Assembly: GCA_964625625.1 (NCBI GenBank)
Contig: CAZVEG010000005.1
Coordinates: 10,877 to 74,324, forward strand
DNA from: an uncultured Leptospirales bacterium
GTDB lineage: Bacteria; Spirochaetota; UBA4802; UBA5368
Direction of reading: 5' to 3'
Length of the DNA stretch: 63,448 nucleotides
The translations under genes and the position numbers were made by a program. The notes below the pieces were generated by a model that searched no databases, had not been told where the DNA came from, and saw nothing but the letters and a program-made list of their open reading frames with translations. Of this stretch, positions 37,703-47,187 are shown piece after piece; position 1 is the first letter of the stretch; each line of letters starts with the position of its first letter.

Positions 37703-39193
37703 ATGACCATCAAAGCCAACGCCACGGGAACGCTGGACAGGATACTCAACCCGCGCAGGGTGGCGGTCGTGGGAGTGACCTCGAGCGGCTTCGGCTTCGG
37801 AAGCGGGATACTCGCCTCGCTCATCAGCATCGGCTTCGAGGGCGAGCTCTTTCCGGTCAACCCCAAGGGCGGTTCGATCCACGGCCTCGACATCCACACG
37901 AGCCTCGAGTCCATTCCCGGCGAAATCGATTTCGCCATTATCGCGCTGCCCGCGCATCTCGTTCCGGACGCGCTCGAAGCCTGCAGGCTGAAGGGCGCCG
38001 CCGGGGCGGAAATTCTGTCGGCCGGGTTCAGAGAATCCGGAACGGCGGAGGGAGCCGCCCTCGAGGAGCGCGTACGGGAAATAGCCGCACGGGGCATCCG
38101 CGTGATCGGCCCCAACTGCTTCGGCGTGTACTGCCCCCGCAGCGGCCTCACCCTGCTGCCCGGACCGGCGCTCTCCCGCAATCCCGGGCATTTCGCCTTC
38201 CTGTCGCAGAGCGGCGGCCATACCATCGATATCGCGCACATGGGAACATGGCACGGCATCGGATTCAGCGCCGCGATCAGCTTCGGTAACGGCGCGGACC
38301 TTCGCGAAACCGAATTGCTCGAATACTTCGGCACCGACCCCGGAACACGCATAATCGGGATGTACATAGAGGGAGTACAGGACGGGCGGCGTTTCTTCAA
38401 CGCCCTCGGGAAAACCTGCTGGAGCAAACCGGTAATCGTCTACAAGGGCGGGCTCTCCGAGGCAGGCGGAAAGGCCGTCGCGAGCCATACCGCATCGATG
38501 GGCGGATCGCGGGTAATCTGGGATTCACTCCTTCGACAGTGCAACGCCGTAAGCGTCGACTCGATTCCCGCGATGGCCGACACGGCTCTCGCGTTTTCAC
38601 ACCTGCCGTGGCGACGCTACCGCGGAATCAGCATCGTGGGCGGCGGGGGTGCGCTCGGCGTCGCGGCCGCGGACGCGGCCGACGCGTACGGAATGGAGCT
38701 GCCCGCGCTCGCGGAGGGCATACGGGAAGCGATCATGGCGCTTCTTCCGAAACCGGGCTCAAGCGCGGCGAACCCCATCGACGTGGCAAACCCCTACGTG
38801 TCCGCGGAAGTGATAAAGGACGTTTTACTGCTCGCCTCGCGTGATGAGCGAGTGGACATACAGGTGCTGGTCCAGCTCCTCTATCATTACAAGGCGGCTC
38901 TTGGAATGTTTGGCAATCCCCCCCTCGAAGAGATCGTTCCGGTCGATGCGCTCGCCGACGCCGCTCGCGAGGCCGTCGAAGTCGGGGGAAAGCCCGTGGT
39001 CGCGGTGCTCCCCAATCACCTGCGCGGACCCGATTCGATGGACGTGGAAAAGGTGATGCGCGCCGCGCGAGGGGCTTTTCTTGCGCGCGGCATACCGGTT
39101 TTCGACGATCTCGGCTCCGCCGTGAGGTCCATCGGCGACGTCTCCCGCTACGCTGCCGTTCGGGATCGACGCGAACGCGCCGTCAATCCCTGA
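37703..39193 (+). CDS. acyl-CoA synthetase (ADP-forming) alpha-type CoA-binding subunit
   Basis: RVIGPNCFG, LSQSGG, GNGADL, ASHTASM (phospho-His) and NPIDV motifs; no ATP-grasp domain. Confidence 0.85.
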   Translation: MTIKANATGTLDRILNPRRVAVVGVTSSGFGFGSGILASLISIGFEGELFPVNPKGGSIHGLDIHTSLESIPGEIDFAIIALPAHLVPDALEACRLKGAAGAEILSAGFRESGTAEGAALEERVREIAARGIRVIGPNCFGVYCPRSGLTLLPGPALSRNPGHFAFLSQSGGHTIDIAHMGTWHGIGFSAAISFGNGADLRETELLEYFGTDPGTRIIGMYIEGVQDGRRFFNALGKTCWSKPVIVYKGGLSEAGGKAVASHTASMGGSRVIWDSLLRQCNAVSVDSIPAMADTALAFSHLPWRRYRGISIVGGGGALGVAAADAADAYGMELPALAEGIREAIMALLPKPGSSAANPIDVANPYVSAEVIKDVLLLASRDERVDIQVLVQLLYHYKAALGMFGNPPLEEIVPVDALADAAREAVEVGGKPVVAVLPNHLRGPDSMDVEKVMRAARGAFLARGIPVFDDLGSAVRSIGDVSRYAAVRDRRERAVNP

Positions 39194-40853
39194 TGTCCGC
39201 CCCGTCCCTGAGCCGTTCGACGCGTTCCACCTTCACGCGGATAAACCAGATCGGCGGGCGCATGAGCCCGTTCGCCGTGTAGTACCCGGGCCTGTCGGTG
39301 ATCCCGCGAAGCGTCGCCATCGCCAGCCCGGGAATCTGGTCGGCATCCAGCCCGGAAAGTATCCTCCGCGGGCTGAAATCGAATCCGTACGGCTCGTCCT
39401 CTTTGATCCGCACCATCACGCCGAGGGTGATATAGCGGCCCGCCGTCGCCTGTTTTTCAAAGAACTCGACAAGCGCCCCGTCCGAGACCTGCAACCAGAC
39501 CGAAAGGCGCTCGTCTGCGATAAGCACCTTGGCGGCCGCCTTTGCCGCACCACTGCGGGCGATCTTCGCGGCATGCGACTCGCCGAGCCCGGCCAGCAGG
39601 GCATCGACGTTGCTCTCGAGCCGTTCCCTGTTTATTATGCGGACCCCGGCGATGTCCCCGTAGCGCTCGCCCATCGTGTAAGCATTCACATCATATCTTT
39701 TTTCATCATAGAAGAGCTCCGACAGGAAAGGCTTCGGGCGAACGGTCCTCCCCCCCCCTCCCTCGACGAAGAGGCCGCTTTTCCACTGGTCCCCGAAACT
39801 CCGCGCGTGGAACAGCCGGCCTGACTGCATGAAGAGATCGATCGCCCTGCCCTCCGCGTCATAGACACGCTGCCGGTAGGCGGCGGGCAGGGAGCGTCCG
39901 CGCCCGGTAATGGCCACCTGCCGCATCGCCTCAGCCTCGTCGCGCCCGATGCGAGCGAGCGGCACGGTGTAGATCGCGATACCCTTCTTCCGCGCCTTGA
40001 GCGCGTACCGCTCGGCACGGGAGACGTCACGCGCCGGAGAATTGGAGATCACGAGCATGACTTTTTTCGCCTCAGCGCGCCAGGGGACCGCGTCGACCGC
40101 CAGGGAGAGCGCCCTGCCGAGCGCTTCCGGTCCCGCCCCGCCTCCGGGTCGAAGGACCGTCAGTTCCTGTTTAAGCGACAGCGGGGATGTTATGGCGCGG
40201 ATGGCCTTCGGTGCCGCGGGAGCGCCGGAGAACGGGGCAATGTACAGGCGAAGTGACGCCTCCCAGTCGCCGGACAGCCCTGAAGCGAACGCGGCGATTC
40301 CGTTCCTGACGGCATCCCACTCGCGCGACACGTTGTATGATGTGTCGAGCACCAGAACGACGTCTATGGAAGCGTCACCGGCGACCGGGGTGTTCCGGTC
40401 GGGATAGGTGACGAATATTTCGCGGATGTCCCTTTCCGCGAGCGCGAAAAGGTTGTCCGCGCGTACCCGTTCCCTCGCGACGACCTTCCGCTGCGCCGTT
40501 GAATACAGCACCGATTCGGAGATGTAGACGCCGCCCGAGCGGGAAAGCGTACCCGTGAGCATCAGGTCGATGAAGCGCCCCTTCCCCAGCGCGTCCAGGG
40601 ACTCGCCGCTTACGGAACGCCGCGGATCGATCGAAAAACTTTTCATATCGATATCGAGATCCCTGAACGAATAGGGTTCCATACCCTTCTTCAAAAACAG
40701 GGCCAGGCCCAGGAGCTTCGCGTACTCCGTGCCGGTGTTCTCGTTGAAATTGTCGGAGGAATTCTCCACCCGGTAGGGGATCACGGCGATCTCGGCCGCC
40801 CGGAGCGGGACCGACATCATAAGCCAGAGCAAGAGGATCGCCATCTTTCTCAT
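39183..40853 (-). CDS. exported vWA-domain protein
   Basis: Signal peptide after GGAGG RBS (ATG 40853); IDVVLVLDTSYN, VPWRAEAKKVMLVISNSP and IAIYTV vWA pattern. Confidence 0.7.
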   Translation of the reverse strand: MRKMAILLLWLMMSVPLRAAEIAVIPYRVENSSDNFNENTGTEYAKLLGLALFLKKGMEPYSFRDLDIDMKSFSIDPRRSVSGESLDALGKGRFIDLMLTGTLSRSGGVYISESVLYSTAQRKVVARERVRADNLFALAERDIREIFVTYPDRNTPVAGDASIDVVLVLDTSYNVSREWDAVRNGIAAFASGLSGDWEASLRLYIAPFSGAPAAPKAIRAITSPLSLKQELTVLRPGGGAGPEALGRALSLAVDAVPWRAEAKKVMLVISNSPARDVSRAERYALKARKKGIAIYTVPLARIGRDEAEAMRQVAITGRGRSLPAAYRQRVYDAEGRAIDLFMQSGRLFHARSFGDQWKSGLFVEGGGGRTVRPKPFLSELFYDEKRYDVNAYTMGERYGDIAGVRIINRERLESNVDALLAGLGESHAAKIARSGAAKAAAKVLIADERLSVWLQVSDGALVEFFEKQATAGRYITLGVMVRIKEDEPYGFDFSPRRILSGLDADQIPGLAMATLRGITDRPGYYTANGLMRPPIWFIRVKVERVERLRDGADIRD

Positions 40854-40914
40854 CGTTCCGCCTCCACGAAAAGATTGAAGCCCGGGCCCCCGACCGTCAT
40901 CGGGCACACCCCCT

Positions 40915-41556
40915 TCAATCAACGGTAAAAAACCTGAAAAGCAGGGCGCCCGCGACGAACCCGGCGATGTGACTGATCCATGCGACGCTGTCCGCCCCGC
41001 CGAGAAACCCGGAAATCTGCAGGAGAAACCATATGGGCAGAAACAGGAGCGCCCGCATTCGCATGGTGAAGAAGAGCATCCATACGTGTATTCGCGCGAA
41101 CGGAAACATGAACAGGTAGGCCCCGAGGATTCCGGATACGGCGCCGGAGGCGCCCACCAGCGGGACATCGGCCTGTGGAGCCTGGAAGGCGAACGCGAGC
41201 GCGGCGATTATTCCGGTGATCAGGAAAAAAAGAAGATAGCCGCCGCGCGTCATGCGGTCTTCCACGTTGTTGCCGAATATCCAGAGGAAGAGCATGTTGA
41301 AGCCCAGGTGCGAAAGCCCGCCGTGGAAAAACATATACGATACGAGCGAAAAGAGCGGCCCGATTGCCGGGAACGGGGAGCCGGCGGCCCCTCCGTCAAG
41401 CGAGACCGGATTGAACGCGAACCGGGACGTGGCCGCCTCGAAGCCCGCGGGCGTGAAAACCTGGCCGGCAAAGACGGCGCAATTGGCGATGATGAGAAGG
41501 AAGGTCACGACCGCGAAGCGGCCGGTAGGATTCTCGTCCTTATAGGGGATGAACAT
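40915..41556 (-). CDS. rhomboid intramembrane serine protease
   Basis: HGGLSHLGFNMLFLWIFG, GASGAVSG and HIAGF motifs. Confidence 0.93.
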   Translation of the reverse strand: MFIPYKDENPTGRFAVVTFLLIIANCAVFAGQVFTPAGFEAATSRFAFNPVSLDGGAAGSPFPAIGPLFSLVSYMFFHGGLSHLGFNMLFLWIFGNNVEDRMTRGGYLLFFLITGIIAALAFAFQAPQADVPLVGASGAVSGILGAYLFMFPFARIHVWMLFFTMRMRALLFLPIWFLLQISGFLGGADSVAWISHIAGFVAGALLFRFFTVD

Positions 41557-41628
41557 GGGGCGTCCCCGGCGTCGGGAATGTCGACCGGGTGGCCGCGACG
41601 GGATGAAACGGAGTCGCCCGGCGAAGTC

Positions 41629-42801
41629 TCATCTCACAACCGACAATCCGTCGTAGAGATACTTGCTTTTTGAGAAGAACTCGTCCCCTGTACCCGATGA
41701 GACGTAACACGCCCCGCCGACGCGGGACCCGTCCGGAATCCGCGAATCCTTGCCGATGAGCGTGATGCTCTGGTATATTGATTTTGGAAAATCCTTGCTC
41801 TTCAATTGTTCGTGCTCCGAGCCCACATGACAGCGGCTCCCTATGGTATAGCCGCCGTCCGCGGGCGCGTCCTTCCGCGGCGGCGTCCGTTCGTCGATGA
41901 CCGATTTCATGACATGCGCGCCGACCCCGATCCGGTTGAAGGGCAGCACGATGGAGTCCTTGACCGTCGCCTTTTCATCGATCTCGACGCCGGGGAAAAT
42001 GATGGAATTCTGTACGGTGCCCCTTATAATGCAGTTGTCGCTCACGAAGGATCCGGCCACCCTGGCGTGCCTGCCGAGAAAGGCAAAGCCCTCGCCCGGG
42101 ATGAACCCCTTCATCGCCGGGTCGCCGAAAACACGCCTGAACAGATCCCGACTCCTCATCAGGGACATATTGAACCGGTAGTAATCGGGGATGCTCTTGA
42201 TGGGCCAGTAATGCGCGCTCATCACCTCGCGCCGTATGCCCCGGTTGATGAGCGCATTGATAATCATCTCGAAGAGATTGGGCGCGTGCCTGCCTTCGTC
42301 CATCGCCTCGTTGATGACCGAGAGCAGGCTCTTCTGGTTGGTGATGAGAATGGTGTACGCCATCGACTCCCTGCTCGAGGTCTTCATGCTGAAGAGCATC
42401 GCCCCCGCTTTTTTCTTCTTCTTGTACTTTTCGATGAGCTCGGAGAAATCAATGATCGAGGGGTTGTCGCCGTTGTAGATTATATAGTAATCGGTGTTGC
42501 TGTCCATCACCAGGTTGTAACAGAACTTGACGTCGGAATACCCGCGTGAAACGACTTTAATCGCGGGGAATTTTTTGTCCCTGAACGGTCCGTAATTCTC
42601 CACGTACGATTCGAGGCCGTCCTCGTAGTTGTTGTAGATGATGGTATGACGCGCACCCGATGAGGCTGAATTGCGAATGGTAAAATCGACGATACGGAAC
42701 CTTCCCCCGAAAGGCATCAGGTACTTCGAGCGCTCCTCCGCCAGGGAAAGAAGCGACTCGTCTCTGGTTCCGGGATACGAAATGATGGTGAAATCGTCCA
42801 T
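41629..42801 (-). CDS. ADP-glucose pyrophosphorylase-like protein (GlgD-type, degenerate)
   Basis: MPFGGRFRIVDF and C-terminal left-handed beta-helix repeats; GGxGxRL loop absent. Confidence 0.75.
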   Translation of the reverse strand: MDDFTIISYPGTRDESLLSLAEERSKYLMPFGGRFRIVDFTIRNSASSGARHTIIYNNYEDGLESYVENYGPFRDKKFPAIKVVSRGYSDVKFCYNLVMDSNTDYYIIYNGDNPSIIDFSELIEKYKKKKKAGAMLFSMKTSSRESMAYTILITNQKSLLSVINEAMDEGRHAPNLFEMIINALINRGIRREVMSAHYWPIKSIPDYYRFNMSLMRSRDLFRRVFGDPAMKGFIPGEGFAFLGRHARVAGSFVSDNCIIRGTVQNSIIFPGVEIDEKATVKDSIVLPFNRIGVGAHVMKSVIDERTPPRKDAPADGGYTIGSRCHVGSEHEQLKSKDFPKSIYQSITLIGKDSRIPDGSRVGGACYVSSGTGDEFFSKSKYLYDGLSVVR

Positions 42802-42970
42802 AAATGCCCTGTGCCGGGAGCGCCTCGGTGACGTGATGGTAGCTATTTATAAAAGTTCGGGATTAAAAAGCAATTAAAAAACCCGCACCGTCCCGGCACC
42901 CCGGTGAAACGGCGGCCGGCCTGAAAAAAATAGTTTGATTTCACCGTCCGCGCGTGCGACACCCACGAAT

Positions 42971-44515
42971 ATGGGAAAGGTCCTGTTAACGATTCTGCCC
43001 GGCGGAGAGTCCCGCGAATTCGAAACGGGAACGTCGCTCATCGACGCGCTCGCGGACATGGGCGCGCTGTTGCGTACGCCCTGCGGCGGCAAGGGCGTCT
43101 GCGGTAAATGCGGCGTGCTGGTGGAATCGGGAGCGCCCGAACGCTCCGCAGCCGAGGATCGCTTCTTCCCTTCGGAACCCTTTTCGCGTCTCGCCTGCCG
43201 GGCCACTATTGAAAGCGACATGACGGTACGCGTCCCGGTGGCGAGAGCCACCTCCCGACCGGGAAAACCTCTTCCGGCGCGACTGCGTGAACCCGCCGTC
43301 GCGCTCGACATCGGGACAACCACGGTCCAGCTCTCGCTCGTGGATGGCGCGAGCGGGTCGGCCTACCCCGTCGCGTCCTTCCTCAATCCACAGCGGCGCC
43401 ACGGCCACGACGTTATCGCGCGCATCGCCGCGTCAGCCGATCCGATCGTCCGTGGATCACTGGCGCGCGTCATCCGCGGCGCGGTTGCCGCGTCGATACG
43501 CGCCGGCCTTTCCGAAAGCGCGATGACCCCGGACGACATCGGCCTCGTCGTCGTTTCGGGCAACACCACCATGACTCACCTCTTCTTCGACATCGACGTG
43601 CGCCCCCTCGGGGCTTATCCCTACACCGCGAGCGAGCTCGACTACGACCGGTACGCAACGCTCGAAGAGCTGCTTCCCGCGGCCCGTATCGCGGCGCTCC
43701 CCTCGGCCTCCGCTTTTCTCGGTGGAGACCTCGTCGGCGGTCTCGCCATAACGGACCTCGCGGGCGTCCGGAGCAACGCGTTCTTCATCGACATCGGTAC
43801 AAACGGCGAGATGTTTCTGCGCGACGGCACCGGCACGGTCCACGCCACCTCATGCGCGATGGGGCCGGCGCTCGAGGGCATGAATATCTCCTCGGGCATG
43901 ACGGCCGACGAGGGAGCGATCAACCATTTCACCGTCGAGAACGGAAGACTGAAGCCCACCGTCATCGGCGGCGGCACTCCAGTGGGAATCTGCGGCACCG
44001 GGATAATCGACGCGCTGGCGATCATGCTCGACAATGGTGTTGTGCGCGGCAACGGCGCTTTCGACCGTGCCGCGGCGGAGGCGTCCCCCGTTTTCAGCGG
44101 CCGCATCGAAACTCAAAACGGCACGACGGCCTGCCTGCTTGGCGACGGCATCGCGATCACGCAGAAGGACATCCGTAACATCCAGCTCGCCAGGGGGGCC
44201 AGCCTCGCCGCCGCGCGCATACTGCTGAGAGACGCCGCATACGAGGCCGAACGGATCGAGCACGTCCTCGTCGCCGGAGCCTTCGGCGAGAACCTTGATA
44301 TCGAGAACTTCCGTGCACTCGGATTTCTTCCCGATTTTCCCAATGCCCGCTATCGCTTCCTGGGCAACACCAGCCTCGCGGCGGCGGAGCGGGCGTGCGT
44401 CGATCCCGGCTTCCTCGGCATGTGTCGCGCGCTTCGCGACGCGATCCACGTCGTCGAGCTTTCAATGCGCGCCGATTTCAACGACGAGTTCGTCGACTGC
44501 CTCAATTTCGGATAA
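42971..44515 (+). CDS. RACo/DUF4445-type ASKHA ATPase with N-terminal 2Fe-2S domain
   Basis: CGGKGVCGKC, LAC, DIGTT, DIGTNGE, GICGTG, QKDIRNIQLA and AGAFG motifs. Confidence 0.88.
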   Translation: MGKVLLTILPGGESREFETGTSLIDALADMGALLRTPCGGKGVCGKCGVLVESGAPERSAAEDRFFPSEPFSRLACRATIESDMTVRVPVARATSRPGKPLPARLREPAVALDIGTTTVQLSLVDGASGSAYPVASFLNPQRRHGHDVIARIAASADPIVRGSLARVIRGAVAASIRAGLSESAMTPDDIGLVVVSGNTTMTHLFFDIDVRPLGAYPYTASELDYDRYATLEELLPAARIAALPSASAFLGGDLVGGLAITDLAGVRSNAFFIDIGTNGEMFLRDGTGTVHATSCAMGPALEGMNISSGMTADEGAINHFTVENGRLKPTVIGGGTPVGICGTGIIDALAIMLDNGVVRGNGAFDRAAAEASPVFSGRIETQNGTTACLLGDGIAITQKDIRNIQLARGASLAAARILLRDAAYEAERIEHVLVAGAFGENLDIENFRALGFLPDFPNARYRFLGNTSLAAAERACVDPGFLGMCRALRDAIHVVELSMRADFNDEFVDCLNFG

Positions 44516-44536
44516 ATTCCGATCCCATCCGGGTTC

Positions 44537-44585
44537 TTAAAATATTTTAAATAATCTTGACTTATTACATAATACAAAGTATGAA
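44537..44585 (+). promoter_or_regulatory. probable promoter with upstream 14-bp palindrome
   Basis: TTAAAATATTTTAA (44537-44550), then TTGACT-17nt-TATGAA. Confidence 0.4.
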
Positions 44586-44656
44586 TATTTGTGCATCCCT
44601 GCCGGTTTATTATGGGGATTAATATCGAAACATCATATACAGGAGGATTGCATACG

Positions 44657-46453
44657 ATGAACTACCGGCATTATTCGCAGGTGTTCTGGCAGCAGGTTGA
44701 AAAGTACGGCGACCGGGTCGCCCTCCGGTACAAGCCCGAAAGGGAATGGAGGGAGACCTCGTGGCGCTCGTTCGGAGAACAGGTACGCGCCGTCGGGAAG
44801 GCGCTCATCGAGGCCGGTATCGGCGAGCAGAAGACGGCGGGTATCTTCTCGCAGAACATGCCCGAATGGAGCATTGCCGACATCGGCGCGCTCTGCATAA
44901 GGGCCATACCGGTACCCATCTATCCCACCAACACCGCGAAACAGGCCGAATACATCATCAACGACGCGGAGATCGCCGTGCTCTTCGTCGGCGACCGCGA
45001 GCAGTACGACAAGGCCATGCAGCTTTTCGGCAAGAACGGATTTTTAAAAAAGATCGTGGTATTCAACGAGAAGCTTCCCATCGCGAAATCGGCCGACGTA
45101 ATGTACTTCAGCGATTTCCTCGCTATCGGACGAAAATCCGTCCGCGACGCCGAATTCGACGAGCGCATGTCGCGCGGAACTCCCGAGGACCTGCTCACCA
45201 TCATCTACACCTCCGGCACCACCGGCGAACCCAAGGGAGTAATGCTCGCGCATTCCAACGCCATCTTCCAGAAGGAACGCCACGACCGCAGGCTCATCGA
45301 CCCCAACGATAACGACATCTCGCTCTGCTTTCTGCCGCTGTCGCACGTCTTCGAACGCATCTGGACCTACTACGCGCTTGCCGTCGGCATGACGAACAAC
45401 TACCTGGACGACACCAAGAAGATCGTGGAGTTCATCCAGGAGGTGAAGCCCACCATCATGTGCGCGGTGCCGCGCTTCTACGAGAAGATATACGCCACCG
45501 TGTTCAACCGCCTCGAATCGGCCCCGCCGGCGAAGAAGAAGCTCTTCAAATGGGCCATACGCACCGGAGCCGCGCGCAACGTCAGAAAACGCGACAGGAA
45601 ATTCGTCGGTCCCTGGCTCGCGCTGAAATATGGCCTGGCGGACAGAATGGTCCTCTCGAAGCTTCGCGATGTCGTCGGCGGAAGGATCAAGTTCTTTCCG
45701 TGCGCCGGGGCCCCGCTCTCGCAGGAGATCGAGGAGTTCTTCTACGCGACCGGTGTTTTCATCTGCTACGGCTACGGGCTCACCGAGACGACGGCGACGG
45801 TCACCTGTCACGAGCCCCACAATTTCAAATTCGGCGCGGTCGGCAAGCCTCTCGACGACGTGGAGGTTAAGATCGACGGGGCGAACGGCGAGATCCTCAT
45901 CCGCGGCGGGAACGTCATGAAGGGCTACTACAGGAAGCCCGAGGCGACCGCGGAGGTCTTCACCGCCGACGGCTTCTTTCGCACGGGTGACGCCGGCTTC
46001 ATCGAGGAGAACGGCGAGCTGCGCATCACCGAGCGCATCAAGGACCTCATGAAGACCTCGGGCGGCAAGTACATCGCGCCCCAGCTCATCGAGAGCACCG
46101 TGGGTGCCGACCACTTCATCGAGCAGATCGCCGTCATCGGCGACCAGCGCAAGTACGTCAGCGCCCTTATCGTGCCCTCGTTCGAGGCGCTCGGCGAATA
46201 CGCGAAAGAGCACGACATCACCTATTCCTCGCGCGAAGATCTCATCGCCAGGAAGGAGATCGTCGAATTCTACCGGAAACGCATCGACGAATGTTCGAAG
46301 GAGTTCGCGGAGTTCGAGAAGATCAAGCGCTTCACGCTGCTCGCGAAGGAATTCACCGTTGAGGACGGAGAGATCACCCCGACCATGAAGATCAAGCGCA
46401 AGTCGGTCGCCGAGATCTACAAACCGCTGATCGACCGCATGTACGCCGAGTAG
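44657..46453 (+). CDS. long-chain acyl-CoA synthetase
   Basis: YTSGTTGEPKG, YGYGLTE, FFRTGDAG and ITPTMKIKR motifs; AGGAGG RBS. Confidence 0.92.
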   Translation: MNYRHYSQVFWQQVEKYGDRVALRYKPEREWRETSWRSFGEQVRAVGKALIEAGIGEQKTAGIFSQNMPEWSIADIGALCIRAIPVPIYPTNTAKQAEYIINDAEIAVLFVGDREQYDKAMQLFGKNGFLKKIVVFNEKLPIAKSADVMYFSDFLAIGRKSVRDAEFDERMSRGTPEDLLTIIYTSGTTGEPKGVMLAHSNAIFQKERHDRRLIDPNDNDISLCFLPLSHVFERIWTYYALAVGMTNNYLDDTKKIVEFIQEVKPTIMCAVPRFYEKIYATVFNRLESAPPAKKKLFKWAIRTGAARNVRKRDRKFVGPWLALKYGLADRMVLSKLRDVVGGRIKFFPCAGAPLSQEIEEFFYATGVFICYGYGLTETTATVTCHEPHNFKFGAVGKPLDDVEVKIDGANGEILIRGGNVMKGYYRKPEATAEVFTADGFFRTGDAGFIEENGELRITERIKDLMKTSGGKYIAPQLIESTVGADHFIEQIAVIGDQRKYVSALIVPSFEALGEYAKEHDITYSSREDLIARKEIVEFYRKRIDECSKEFAEFEKIKRFTLLAKEFTVEDGEITPTMKIKRKSVAEIYKPLIDRMYAE

Positions 46454-46472
46454 GCAAAAATCAATAACGACG

Positions 46473-46508
46473 AAAAATCCCGGCACCGTTCAAGGCCGGG
46501 ATTTTTTA
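46473..46508. terminator. bidirectional intrinsic terminator
   Basis: AAAAATCCCGGC-10nt-GCCGGGATTTTT. Confidence 0.85.
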
Positions 46509-46524
46509 TCGGCCCATCCCGCCG

Positions 46525-47187
46525 TCAGCGTGGGCCGTGCCCGAGCATCCCGCCCAGGAGGCCCGGCAGGTCCCCCTCCCGGTACGCCCGGGCACAGCGC
46601 TCGAGAAGCGCGTCATCGGCTACAATGCTTTTGAGAAGTTCACCGCGCGCGGAGAAATCCAGGTCGCTGAATGTGGCGTCCTCCTGCAGAACGCGGCGCG
46701 CCTCCCTGAGCGCGGCAAGAATATCGCCGAGATTCTCGGGAAGCGCCTTCTCGAGCGAGCGCCGCAGCCGCGCCGCGTAGGCCGGCGACGCCCCGCTCGT
46801 GGAGACGGCCATGAGGAAATCGCCCCTGCGAACGGATGAAGGAAGGTAGAACGAGCAGTTGGGCGGATCGTCGGCGGAATTAATGAAAATACCGCGCCGT
46901 CCGGCCTCCTCGAACACGGCCCTGTTGACGGCGAAGCTGTCGGTGGCCGCGAAGGCGAGCGAGGCGCCCTCGAGGTCGCCGTCGCGATACTCGCGCCGCT
47001 CGAGACGGAGCGTGGCGGCGTTAGCCCGCGCGGCCTCCTCGAGATCGGCATGCATACGAGGCGAAACGACTTTCACGCGCGCGCCCGCGTCAAGAAGATC
47101 CAGCACCTTCCTGAGCGCCACCTCTCCGCCGCCCACCACCACGGCGAGCCTCTCCTCGATGTTGAGAAGTACCGGGTAGAGCTTCAT
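46525..47187 (-). CDS. precorrin-2 dehydrogenase/sirohydrochlorin ferrochelatase (SirC/Met8p-like)
   Basis: VVGGGEVALRK, INSADDP and STSGASP motifs. Confidence 0.88.
   Translation of the reverse strand: MKLYPVLLNIEERLAVVVGGGEVALRKVLDLLDAGARVKVVSPRMHADLEEAARANAATLRLERREYRDGDLEGASLAFAATDSFAVNRAVFEEAGRRGIFINSADDPPNCSFYLPSSVRRGDFLMAVSTSGASPAYAARLRRSLEKALPENLGDILAALREARRVLQEDATFSDLDFSARGELLKSIVADDALLERCARAYREGDLPGLLGGMLGHGPR

Noticed and set aside
39750-39758. G9 tract in the vWA gene and G8 tract in the DUF2279 gene (27039-27046) as phase-variation sites
   Set aside because: Tracts this long are near chance expectation at this GC content, and a C8 run also occurs in clpB
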